Assembly (NCBI RefSeq): GCF_963921235.1
Contig: NC_086097.1
Span: 140,308,001 to 140,372,000 of the forward strand
Direction of reading: 5' to 3'
DNA: 64,000 nucleotides
Source: Mobula hypostoma
Lineage: Eukaryota
Under the pieces are notes generated by a model. It was given only the letters and a program-made list of their open reading frames with translations, did no database searches and was not told the DNA's origin. Each line of letters begins with the position of its first letter. Position 1 is the first letter of the stretch. The position numbers were made by a program, and so were the translations under genes. Below are positions 38,393 through 50,321 of the stretch, piece by piece.

Positions 38393-40812
38393 ATAGAACA
38401 TAGAATAGTATAGCACAGTACGGGCCCTTCCGCCCACATTGTTGTGCCAACCCTCAAACCCTGCTTCCTATATAACCCCCCCCACCTTAAATTCCTCCAT
38501 ATACCTGTCTAGTAGTCTCTTAAATTTCACTAGTGTATCTGCCTCCAACACTGACTCAGGCAGTGTATTCCACGCACCAACCACTTTCTGAGTAAAAAAC
38601 CTTCCTCTAATATCCCCCTTGAACTTCCCACCCCTTACCTTAAAGCCATGTCCCCTTGTATTGAGCAGTGGTGCCCTGGGGAAGAGGCACCGGCTATCCA
38701 CACTATCTATTCCTCTTAATATCTTGTATACCTCTATCATGTCTCCTCTCATCCTCCTTCTCTCCAAAGAGTAAAGCCCTAGCTACCTTAATCACTGATC
38801 ATAATCCATACTCTCTAAACCAGGCAGCATCCTGGTAAATCTCCTCTGTACCCTTTCCAATGCTTCCACATCCTTCCGATAGTGAGGCAACCAGAACTGG
38901 ACACGGTACTCCAAGTGTGGTCTAACCAGAGTTTTATAGAGCTGCATCATTACCTCGCGACTCTTAAACTCTATCCCTCGACTTATGAAAGCTAACACCC
39001 CACAAGCTTTCTTAACTACCCTATCTACCTGTGAGGCAACTTTCAGGGATCTGTGGACATGTACCCCCAGATCCCTCTGCTCCTCCACACTAACAAGTAT
39101 CCTGCCATTTACTTCGTACTCTGCCTTGGAGTTTGTCCTTCCAAAGTGTACCACCTCACACTTCTCCAGGTTGAACTCCATCTGCCACTTCTCAGCTGAC
39201 TTCTGCAACCTATCAATGTCTCTCTGCAATCTTTGACAATCCCCTACAACACCACCAGTCTTTGTGTCATCTGCAAACTTGCCAGCCCACCCTTCTACCC
39301 CCACATACAGGTCATTAATAAAAATCACGAGAAGTAGAGGTCCCAGAACCGATCCCTGTGGGACACCACTACTCACAACCCTCCAATCCGAATGTACTCC
39401 CTTCACCATGACCCTTTGCCTTCTGCAGGCAAGCCAATTCCGAATCCACCTGGCCAAACTTCCCTGGATCCCATGCATTCTGACTTTCTGAATAAGCCTA
39501 CAGTGTGGAATCTTGTCAAATGCCTTACTAAAATCCATATAGATCACATCCACTGCACTACCCTCATCTATATGCCTGGTCACCTCCTCAAAAAACTCTA
39601 TCAGGCTTGTTAGACATGATCTGCCCTTCACAAAGCCATGCTGACTGTCCCTGATCAGACCATGATTCTCTAAATGCCCATAGATCCTATCTCTAAGAAT
39701 CTTTTCCAACAGCTTTCCCACCACAGATGTAAGGCTCACTGGTCTATAATTACCCAGACTATCTCTACTACCTTTTTTGAACAAGTGACAACATTCGCCT
39801 CCCTCCAATCCTCCGGCACCATTCCCGTGGACAACAAGAACATAAAGATCCTAGCCAGAGGCTCAGCAATCTCTTCCCTCACCCCGTGGAGCAGCCTGGA
39901 GAATATTCTGTCAGGCCCCAGGGACTTATCCGTCCTAATGTATTTTAATAACTCCAACACGTCCTCTGCCTTAATATCAACATGCTCCAGAACATCAACC
40001 TCACTCATATTGTCCTCACCATCATCAAGTTCCCTCTCATTGGTCAATACCGAAGAGAAGTATTCATTGAGGACCTCACTCACTTCCACAGCCTCCAGGC
40101 ACATCTTCCCACCTTTATTTCTAATCGGTCCTACCTTCACTCCTGTCATCCTTTTGTTCTTCACATAACTGAAGAATGCCTTGGGGTTTTCCTTTACCCT
40201 ACTCACCAAGGCCTTCTCACGCCCCCTTCTTGCTATTTTCAGCCCCTTCTTAAGCTCCTTTCTTGCTTCCCTATATTCCTCAATAGATTCATCTGATCCT
40301 TGCTTCCTAATCCTCATGTATGCTGCCTTCTTCCACCTGACTAGACTTTCCACCTCTCTTATCACCCATGGTTCCTTCACCCTACCATTCTTTATCTTCC
40401 TCACCAGGACAAATTTATCCCTAACATCCTGCAAGAGATCTTTAAACATCAACCACAGGTCCATAGTACATTTCCCTGCAAAACCATCATCCCAATTCAC
40501 ACCCGCAAGTTCTAGCCTCATAGCCTCATAATTTGCCCTTCCCCAATTAAAAATTTTCCTGTCCTTTCTGATTCTATCCTTTTCCATGATGATGCTGAAG
40601 GCCAGGGAGCGGTGGTCACTGTACCCCAGATGCTCACCCACTGAGAGATCTGTGACCTGACCCGGTTTGTTACCTAATACTAGATCTAGTATGGCATTCC
40701 CCCTAGTCGGCCTGTCAACATACTGTGACAGAAATCCGTCCTGGACACACTTAACAAACTCCGCCCCGTCCAAACCCTTGGAACTAATCAGGTGCCAATC
40801 AATATTAGGGAA
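38393..40812 (-). mobile_element. Young 5'-truncated CR1 LINE (APE C-terminal part + RT)
   Basis: ORFs 39736-40773, 38792-39808 (YMDFSKAFD, GVPQGSVLGP, intact KFADD) and 38468-38767. Tail 'atagaacatagaa'; possible AATAATA duplication at 38389 and 40812. Confidence 0.95.
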
Positions 40813-42342
40813 ATAATACTGTCAGAGCCAGATTGTGTCAACCAACCTCCTTTGTAAATGAGGATGAAAATTTTTAAATTAAGAAATCGCCAACCCAGGA
40901 GTCACTAAATGGGTAAGCAGAAGTGAAGGGTAAATGAGACTTGATGCAAGTCAAGAATTAGCCAATTGGGACAAATCTTATTTTTAGAGCATGGAAAATA
41001 GAAAACCTGTTGGTAGACTGTAGAAATCATAAAGTCTTGAGCTAACAGAGGCATGGAACAGCTCAGTAAGGGTTGAAGCATGGAATATTGAAGACAATCA
41101 GTTCAGAGTCACAACCAAAAGCTCCTGGTATGAATTGCAGTATTTAAACCGTTAACACAACAAAATCGAAACTTAAGTTACTCACTAGAAATACTTATGA
41201 AAGTATTAGGAAAAATATCAGTTGCATATTTTACAACACAACTGCCAATTCAGTCTGCTTATATCACAGCTGAAATGGAAACACAAGTTTCTATGGGCTA
41301 ATCAAGTTCAACCAGTCATTGTTTTCCATTTCTTTAAAATGAAACATTTCATTTTGGACTTCCAGACTCTGTAGTTTGTTGATTTACCGGAAACACTGGA
41401 AATCTAACATGGTGTTTCCACTAAATGTAACTTTTGTACTTCTGTGAAAATGTGACTTGGTTTGAATATACTACACAGAGCTGCTGTGGTTACAAGTACT
41501 TCAGTTTCCTGTTACAAAGGCATGCTGGTTGTTGGGTTAATTGTTGGGTTAAGGTGTCTGTTGGGAAAATCATGGGGATGTTAATGGGCATCTGAAAGAG
41601 ATTAGGTTGTGGGAAATAAATAGGGGAATAGGATTCATGTGATTTCTCTAAGATTTGGCAAAATTTCACCAGTTTAGTGTTTCCCTTCTATGCTTTAAAG
41701 AAATATGTAATAAAATATACACTATATAAGCACCAGATCATATATATACATTATATATATATATTCATACATACACACGTACAAACACAGCATTTTTGAC
41801 TCCTTTGCTTACAAGTCCAAGCAGTTGGAATTAACCTCTTTCTATATTTAGTTTTGAAAAGCCAAACAGTTCTTAAAATAAAGAGACCTCTGCTTACGTT
41901 GTACTTCAAAAGCAGTCTCACCAAAATCATGTATTATTGAAGTATAATGTTCTTACTTTTATGTTCAATTTCATTAAATATTCTGTTATATACTCAAATT
42001 ATTTGTATACTAGCCTTCTCTGAATCTGATAGGACACCAGGATCTTTCTGCATCATCTCACCATTTAGATAGTCAACTTATGCTTTTATTTTCCTGTGTA
42101 AATGCACAATTTCGCTTTTTCCCATATTATGCACTACTTGCTCATTCGGTTAACCTATTATCTGGTTCTGTGTGTCTATATTTCATCTTTACAACATACT
42201 TTCCTATCCACCAATATTCCCCTAATACTCATTGGTATTACCATCAATATGACAACAGGATGCAAGTGATTGCTCTGGAGAGGGTTCAGAGAAGATTCAC
42301 CTGGATGTTGTCTGGTCTGGAGAAATGGGCAGAGATAGATAA

Positions 42343-42568
42343 CACAAACACAAGGAAATCTGCAGATGCTGAAAATTCAAGAAACACGCACAAAATGCTG
42401 GTGGAACGCAGCAGGCCAGGCAGCATCTATAGGAAGAAGTACAGTCGACATTTCGGGCCATGGCCCTTCGAGTCCTGACAAAGGGTCTCAGCCCGAAACG
42501 TCGACTGTACCTCTTCCTATCGATGCTGCCTGGCCTGCTGCATTCCACCAGCATTTTGTGTGTGTGTT
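42343..42568. mobile_element. Fold-back Penelope pLTR mini-insert
   Basis: Inverted arms meet at ~42470. Flanked by gcagagatagataa (42329-42342) and gcagagattagataa (42569-42583). Confidence 0.88.
42471..42506 (+). ncRNA. Minimal type I hammerhead ribozyme motif, core mutated
   Basis: agtc-ctgacaa-agggtctcagccc-gaaacgtc-gact; the CUGANGA box reads CUGACAA. Confidence 0.55.
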
Positions 42569-43134
42569 GCAGAGATTAGATAAGTCAGGTTTGTATTCCT
42601 TGGAATGGAGGAGACCAAATAGAGGTATACAAAAATAGGAGGGGTATTGACAAGGTAAATAGCAAGATTTTTTTTCCTTATAGTGCGAGTGTCTAAAACA
42701 AGAGGACATAGATCTAAGGTGGGAGGGGGTAGGAGATTTAGTGGGGATTTGAGGATGAAGTATTTTCACACACAGAGGCTGGGATCTGGAGTGTGCTGCC
42801 CAAGGAGATGGTGGAGTCAGATTCCCTCAAAAACCCGAGGCAAAATTTTGACAAGCACTTGAATCATCAATGCACAGATTACAATCCTAATGTGGATATC
42901 TGGGATTAGTATAGATCAGGGATTCTCATCCGTAGGAGGTTGCTAGGGGTTCCACAAGAGATTGTGATTTTAAAAAAATAAACATAATTTTTTGAACTTC
43001 ATGCAACATGCAATGCTAGTGCTTGACTAAGCAGCCCTGTTTGCAATCTCACTAGAGGTCACTCAGCCCCATACGGCAGTGCCCATTCAGACCATGTTTA
43101 TTTGGTTGAGTCCATTCTCAGTATTTTGGTGCGA

Positions 43135-43350
43135 GACAGGGGAGGCTGTTGATAATTGGTGAGCACTATATTGCACGGAGGGGAGGACAGTAGGCTGATA
43201 ATTGGTAAGTGCTGTATTGCACAGTGGAGAGGACAGTAGGCCGATGGTGAGCGATGTACTGCACAGAGAGCAGGACAGTAGGTTGATGGTGATCATTGCA
43301 TTGCATGGAGGGGAGGCAGTAGGCAGTGGGGGGAACGGTAGGCTGTTGTG
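43135..43350. repeat. Degenerate ~42-45 bp minisatellite (about 4 units)
   Basis: Repeated 'tggtgag..t.tattgcac.gag.ggaggacagtagg'. Confidence 0.75.
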
Positions 43351-43764
43351 GAGTGAAAAGTGCATTTCCAAGCATTGAATGGACTCGCCCAACTTGGGCT
43401 GTGATGTCAGCCTCTCCTTTCTGAATTACCTCCCCCAACTTCCCCTTACACACTGCCAACTGACTTATGGGAGTAAACAATCTATCAGTGTCATAGAAAA
43501 TAGGAAAATTTTTCATTCTAAAGGAATTTTTACACTCCACAATTCAACTGCTGGCCTGTCACTTTGCTGTTGTTGTAAATATTGCATAAGGTGGATTTTG
43601 TAGGTTAGAAGTGAATTGTATTGTTAAGTTTTCATATTTTTCCTGTTTCCTCATTCAGTTATTTATTATGTCATTCTTTTCTTTATATTTCATTAACCCC
43701 TGTGTTTTACAGACATGTCTGACAGTACAATCTTCTGAGTCATTTCACTGCACTGGTACAACAG

Positions 43765-44440
43765 ACAAAAAAGGCTGTCTTTACAATGAAAGCTAGTTAT
43801 CAATGAGGTTTCTATGGACTGGTTATCCAAGTTGTCCTATTCCAACGTGTCTAGTCTGTGACAAACAACTTACAAATGCAGCAATGGCTCCATCAAAATT
43901 GAAAAGACACTTAAAAATACAAATCACAGCCATATGACATGTAAAACTGCTGATTATTTTAAATGGCTATTGGGATCTCAAAACAGAGTAAAGTTTTTGT
44001 TAATGAAGTCACAGTCAGTAAAAAGACATCAGGAAGCAAGATATTAGCAGAATTTATTACCCAGAAAAGAAAAGGTCACACAGCTGGGGAGAACCTAATA
44101 ATACCAGTTTGCAAAATTATAGTGGGTAAAATGCTAGGACGAGCTGCAGTATGAGAAATTGAAAAGGTTTCACTCTGAGACAGTACAATAAGTCGACATA
44201 TTGATGACATGACACATGATGCTGAAGCGGTTTTGTGTGATAAACTTCTCTATCCAGGTTGATGGGCCAATCAGATTTCACTAATAAATGTCATGTTGCA
44301 GCATTTTTAAATGATGGTGAAATTCAAGAAAACTTTTTCTGTTGCACAGAGCTGCCTGAAATAAGCAAAGGCCAAGATATATTTAATGTTTTGTCTTCAT
44401 ATTTGGAAATAAAAGGTCTGTCTTGAAGGAACTGTGTTGC
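43765..44440 (+). pseudogene. hAT transposase remnant (BED-finger/Buster-like N-terminal half)
   Basis: PTCLVCDKQLTNAAMAPSKLKRHL, HTAGENLIIPVCKIIV, STISRHIDDM and ENFFCCTELPEISKGQDIFNVL, with stops and frameshifts. Confidence 0.85.
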
Positions 44441-45159
44441 TTTGGCTTGTGGTGTTTAGTAACTTTACTATTCAACATTGTCAATAGATTTTCATGGTGT
44501 AAATAGCATTAATTAAAATCAATTTACAACCTTTATTTAAATTAAATCTACTGAGCCCACCTACCTTTAGAAAAATTAAATCTCATTTGGCTTAAGCTGA
44601 TTATTTAACAGAAATTTATTATGCTTTCCTTGAGTTTTTAAAATTTATGAAAGAAAAAGAAAGATTAATTTCAAGAAAGGTACGCTAAGTTTAACTACCC
44701 TTTTCTCCCCCAGTAAAAGTTAACTAAAAATTTACTCGCTACTCAAGAGAGCTCGACAATTATTTCGGGATTATTATATCTAAAATTTACTGATCACGCT
44801 AATGTACCGTGAGCTGTAGATATAATAATTTTTATGCAGGCGTTCCCTGAAACCTAAAAATTATTTCATGGGTTCCTCCAGGGCAAAAAGGTTGAGAAAG
44901 GCCGGTATAGATGGATGCAATTCCTGGCACAGACAATGGGGGAAGAACAGACTGTTTCTTTGCTGTACAACTCCATGACTCAATAAAGAAATGCCCCAAC
45001 ATCTACACCCTGAGCATCACTATTGATCCATCACTCAACATACTTCTTTAGTCAACACTAGGATGAGTCACTAGGTGTCTGTGGCAGAAGAACTCATTTT
45101 CTACACCCTAATATACTATGCATCTACAAGGCACAAACCACCATCCAGATCAGTACCTT

Positions 45160-45580
45160 ATTAGAATTGGAATTTCTTTATTATTTGTCACATGTACTGT
45201 AATACAGTGAAAAGTTATGTTGCATGCCATCCAGACAGATCATGCCCTTACACAAGTACACCAAGGTAGTAAGAAGGGAATACAGAATATAGCATTACAG
45301 TGACAGAGAAAGTGCAGTTCAAATAGACAAATAAAGTGCAAGGACAACAACAAAATAGATTGTGAGATCGAAAGTTCATCTTTATCATATAAAAAATGCT
45401 TCCAAAGTCTCATAACAACAGGACAGAAGCTGTCCCAAAAGTCTCATAACAGCAGGACAGAAGCTGTCCTTGAGCCTGGTGGTAAGTGCTCTGAAGATTT
45501 TGTTTGTATCTTCTGCCTGATGAGTGGGGGTAGAAGAGAGAATGATTATGTTACCTGCTTTCCTGAGGCAGCAAAAAAAT
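45160..45580 (-). mobile_element. Rex1/Babar-type LINE 3' end with a ~34-bp tandem duplication
   Basis: Minus peptide ALTTRLKDSFCPAVMRLL. 'aaagtctcataaca.caggacagaagctgtcc' occurs at 45404-45435 and 45438-45469. Confidence 0.65.
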
Positions 45581-47544
45581 CTATAGTGTACTATCATAAA
45601 TATTATGCTCCTGCAGTATTGCACATCATCGCTATAGTTTATATCTTCTATAACGTGCATTGATGCAGCGCACGAAGACTTCTTCAAAATAATCCCAAAA
45701 CCCAGTATTTCTAGTTTCTGTGTCAACAAGGACTGCCAAGAACATCGCCACCACTTTAACATCCCTTCTGTCACAACCCTCCCAATTGGAAACTTATCAC
45801 TAATGCTTGATACTGCTGTATCAAAATCCTGAGCTAATTTCTTCATAGCACAATGGTGCAACAACCAGAGGTATTCAAGGCAGCAGCTTAGCAGCAACTT
45901 CCCAAGGATAATTAGGGATGTGCAATAAATGTGGCCTTACCAACACAACCCATTTTATAAATGAATGAAGATCAGACTAGAGTTGCAGACCCCACCATTT
46001 CCTCTACAATTAAAGGTCATTTTCAAAAGGACAAAATCAGCACCACCTTTCATAACATTTTTACAGTCATTACAGATTTGTAAAGTTAAATGGCTATAGT
46101 GAAATGGGCAGATATAATTTGGCAGCAAAGACAACATGAAGGTAAAAGTCAAAATTTCAGATGACTTTAAAAGGTTAGAGTTCTACATGCCAAACATTCC
46201 ACTTTCAAACACACTGGAGAACAAAACTGAACCTTTAAAGAAACATCTTTGGCAGGATAATGAGTAAATGGGCCATTTCAGTCTAATCAGTTCAGCAGAA
46301 TATAAACTTTGGCCCATTTAGAAAAGTGTCAATTAACTACTGTTCTATTCAGTACTTTTATTTTGCTAATGCTCAAGATAGTGTCATCTCCACACTATTA
46401 TTCACAATATTTGGTAAGTTAACAATCAAAGGCCCTTACATTTGGGATATTTCCCCCCCACAGATTTTTCCATCACAGCAAATGTGATTTAAAAAAAGCT
46501 ATAATCAAACCTAAAATTATGGGCTTAAATTGTTAAATAATAAGAATGTAAGAAAAGTTTTCCTCAAGTCCAAGTGCAAGGGCAGCATAGCCCTATTCAA
46601 AGCATCCTATGGCTTTATTAAACCCTTTGTTTCTATCAACTAAGAGTGACTGGAGAATACTCTCCTTATTTGGCTGCTTATAGAAATTCAGCTCCATTTT
46701 ACATTTGTTACATGGCAGCATGCTGAACATGATATGCAGCCAATATCTTAAAACAGAATTAATCTCAGTGAAAATTGGTGAGGAACAAGACAACATTGCC
46801 CCAACGCTTTTCTCTTTTTTTCTCACAACAATGTTGTACTTCATCGCCAATAAGTTTCCCATAAGAGCAGAGTGACTCTATACAATTAAGGGGATGCTAA
46901 TCTACCTATGGTACCTACACTCTAGAGCCAAAGTCATTCAAACTAGATATTTACAATATTATTCATAATATTTGAAAGTAACTTGGACAGGTACATAGAT
47001 AGGAAAGGTTTAGAGTGCTATGGGTTAACTGTGAGCAAATAGAACCTGCTTTGAAGGGAATTTTAGCTAGCATACACAAGTTGGGTCAAGGGGTCTGTGA
47101 CTATGCTGTATGACTCCAAGTTGAGCAATCAAGCTGTAAAATGCAAATGACACTTACCTCTGTGTGCACTTAAAGACTGAGCTTCAAGATACCATCTATT
47201 ACTTCAACAAAGCACATGGCGGGATGGGTCTTATGCTTAACATCTCAACACCAAGACCCTCTACAAACTTACCCTATTGAACCAACTTAGCCTCTAGCAA
47301 TAATGATTTACAAAAAGACACTGAAAAATATGAAGCATTCTCACGTATCAGGAGCCCAGAGTTAGTAAAGGCAGGCAACAGTTATGAAATTCACCACCAC
47401 CTTCAAAGTGTCTGTCATTGGTTAACTGAATAAAACGTACTTATAGATCAAGAACTCTGACCTGGCAGGAAACTCGGCCATTAAGCAACAGTAAACCCTG
47501 CCCTCTGATATACTTCTGAAAATTGGACTACCTAAAGCAGGCAA

Positions 47545-48143
47545 GTCAAAGTTTAAAGTAAATGTATTACCAAATTACGTATACGTCATCATGTCACTAT
47601 ATACAATCCTGAAATTCATTTGCTTGCAGGCATACACAGTAAATCCAAGAATACAACAGAATCAATAAAAGGCTGTACCCAACAGGATGGAAAAACAATG
47701 AGCAAAATTCAACAAACTGCAAATACAAAATTTAAAAAATATATAAATAAGTAATAAATATCAAGAACATGAGATGAAGAGTCCTTGAAAGTGAGTCCAT
47801 AGGTTCTGGGAACATTCTGATGGCTGAGGTGTAATAACTATTCCTGAACCTAGTGGTGTAGCTCCTGAGGATCCTGTACCTTCTTCCTGATGGTGGCAGT
47901 GAGAAGAAGGTATGACTGGTTGTTGGGGGACCCTGATGATGAATGATGCTTTCCTGCAACAGCGCTTCGTGTAAATGTGCTCAATGGTGGGGAGAGCTTT
48001 ACCCATGATGGACTGGGCCTTATCCACTCCCTTTTGTAGTATTTTCCATTCAACGGCATTCATGTTTCCATATCAAGGCATGATGCAACTTGTCAATATA
48101 TAACTATAGAAGTTTGTCAAAGTTTTAGATGTGATGCTGAACC
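47545..48143 (-). mobile_element. Rex1/Babar-type LINE 3' part
   Basis: LPPSGRRYRILRSYTTRFRNSYY and LQKGVDKAQSIMGKALPTIEHIY; tail 'tcaaagtttaaagtaaa'. Confidence 0.8.
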
Positions 48144-50143
48144 TCAGACCATAAGATATAGGAGCAGAATTAAGCCATTTGGACCATCTAGTCTGCTTCG
48201 CCATTCAATCATGGCTGATCCTTTTTTTCCCATCCTCAGCCCCACTCCCTGGCCTCCTCCCCATAACCTTTGATGTCCAATCATGAACCTATCAAGCTCT
48301 GCCTTAAATACATCCAAAGACCTAGCCTCCACAGCTGCCTGTGGTAATAAATTCCACAAAATCACCACCCTATGGAGAAAGAAATTTCTCCGCATCTCTG
48401 TTTTAAATGAATGCCCCTCTATCCTGAAGCTGTGCCCTCTTGGGAAACTTCCTTTCCACATCTACTCTGTCTAGGCCTTTCAACATTCAAAAGGTTTTAA
48501 TGAGATCCGCGCCCCCTCCATCCTTCTAAATTCCAATGAATACCGACCCAGAGCTATCAAATGTTCTTCATGTGATGACTCTTTCATTCCTGGAATCATC
48601 CTTGTGAACCTCCTCTGAATCTTCTCCAATGCTAGCACATCTTTTCTTAAATGAGGAGCCCAAAACTGTTCACAATACTCAAGGTGAGGCCTCACCAGTG
48701 CCTTATAAAGACTTAGCATCATATCCCTGCTCTTGTATTCTAGACCTCTTGAGATGAATGCTAACATTGCATTTGCCTTCCTCACCACCAACTCTACCTT
48801 AGGGTGTTCTGCACAAGGACTTCCAAGTCCCTTTGCATCACAGATATTTGGTTTTTCTCCCCATTTAGAAAATAGCCTGCACATTTATTTCTTCTAGTAA
48901 AGTGCGTGACCATGCATTTTCCAACATTGTCTTTCATTTGCCACTGTCTTCCCCATTCTCCTAAACTGTCCAATTCCTTTTGCAGCCTGTTTCCTCAACA
49001 CTACTTGCCCTTCCACCAATCTTTGTGTCATCTGCAAACTTAGCAACAACGCCATCTACTCCATCATCTAAATCATTTATATACAGCATAAAAAGAAGCG
49101 GTCCCAACACCAAACCCTACTGAACACCACTACTCACTGCCAGCCAACCAGAAAAGGATCCCTTTATTCCCCTTTGCTGCCTCCTACCAATCAGCCAATG
49201 CTCTAACCATTTCCTGTAATACCATGGGTTCTTAACTTGGTAAGTAGCCTCATGTGTGGCACCTTGTCAAAGGCCTTCTGAAAGTGGAAATATACAACAT
49301 CTACTGAATCCTCTTTATCTATCCTATGTGTAGTCTCCTCATAGAATTCTGACAGGTTCGTCAGGCAAGATTTTCCCTTCAGAAAACTTTGTCCTATCTT
49401 GTCATGTGTCACCAAGTACTCCACACTGCTAATGTCTTCCACAATGAAGACTGATGCAAAGTACTCATTTAGTTCATCTGTCATCTTCTTGGTCCCCGTT
49501 ATTATTTCTCCGGCTTCATTTTCTAGCAGTTCTAGATCCACTATCATCTCTCTTATATTTTTTTTTTACATACTTGAAAAAGCTTTTACTATCCATTTTG
49601 ATGCTGTTTGCTGACTTGCTTTCGTATTTCATCTTTTCCCTCCTAATAATTCTTCTATTTGCTCTTAGAAGGGTTTTAAAAGCTTCCCATCCTCTGTTTT
49701 CCCAATAATTTTTGCTTTGTTGTATACCCTCTTTTTTGTTTTTACATTAGCTTTGACTTCCCTTGTCAGCTACGGTTGTACTATCTTGCCATTTGAGTAT
49801 ATCTTCATTTTTGGAATACACATGTCCTGCACCTTCCTCATTTTTCTCAGAAATGCACACCATTGCCGCTCTGCTGACATCCCTGCCAGCAGCTCCTTCC
49901 AATTTATTTTGGCCAACTCCTCTCTCATACCACTGTAATTTCCCTTACTCCACTGAAATACTGCTATGTCAGACTTTACTTTCCCCTTATCAAATTTCAA
50001 GTTGAACACAATCATATTGTGGTCACTGGTTCCGAAGGATTCTTTTACCTTAAGCTCCCTAATCACCTCCGGTTCATTACATAACACCCAATCCAATATA
50101 GCTGATCCCCTAGTAGGCTCAATGACAAACTACTCTAAAGAGC

Positions 50144-50321
50144 AAACAACAGGAATTCTGTAGATGCTGGAAATTCAAGCAACACACATAAAAGTTGCTG
50201 GTGAACGCAGCAGGCCAGGCAGCTTAGTCCTGATGAAGGGTCTCGGCCTGAAACGTCGACTGCACCTCTTCCTAGAGATGCTGCCTGGCCTGCTGCATTC
50301 ACCAGCAACTTTTATGTGTGT
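50144..50321. mobile_element. Fold-back Penelope pLTR mini-insert with perfect 13-bp TSD
   Basis: TACTCTAAAGAGC at 50131-50143 and 50322-50334; inverted arms 'acacacataaaagttgctggtgaa.gcagcaggccaggcagc'. Confidence 0.92.
50226..50261 (+). ncRNA. Minimal type I hammerhead ribozyme motif
   Basis: Stem I AGUC/GACU, core CUGAUGA (50230-50236), stem II hairpin 50237-50249, GAAAC (50250-50254), and cleavage triplet GUC (50255-50257) overlapping a palindromic ACGU. Confidence 0.8.

Larger units (their letters stand above)
42917..44904 (+). mobile_element. hAT (Charlie/Buster-type) DNA transposon, internally deleted
   Basis: 8-bp TSD GTATAGAT (42909-42916, 44905-44912), imperfect TIRs cagggattctca / ttgagaaaggccg, and a transposase remnant inside. 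Confidence 0.9.
42255..44980 (+). mobile_element. Old CR1 3' fragment split by a fold-back insert and a hAT element
   Basis: ALERVQRRFT at ~42270; continues at 42569-42916, and the tail resumes at 44905. Confidence 0.7.

Noticed and set aside
39674..40531. Several + strand ORFs over 100 aa
   Set aside because: They are antisense shadows of the CR1 ORF2.
43135..43350. CRISPR-like array
   Set aside because: Degenerate contiguous tandem units with no unique spacers, no cas genes, and a eukaryotic context.
43765..44440. Domesticated ZBED/SCAND3/FAM200-like host gene
   Set aside because: Multiple stops and frameshifts, and enclosed by TIRs and a TSD.
47150..47230. Strong minus-strand splice donor (gag|gtaagtg)
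   Set aside because: No convincing acceptor or recognisable coding frame upstream.
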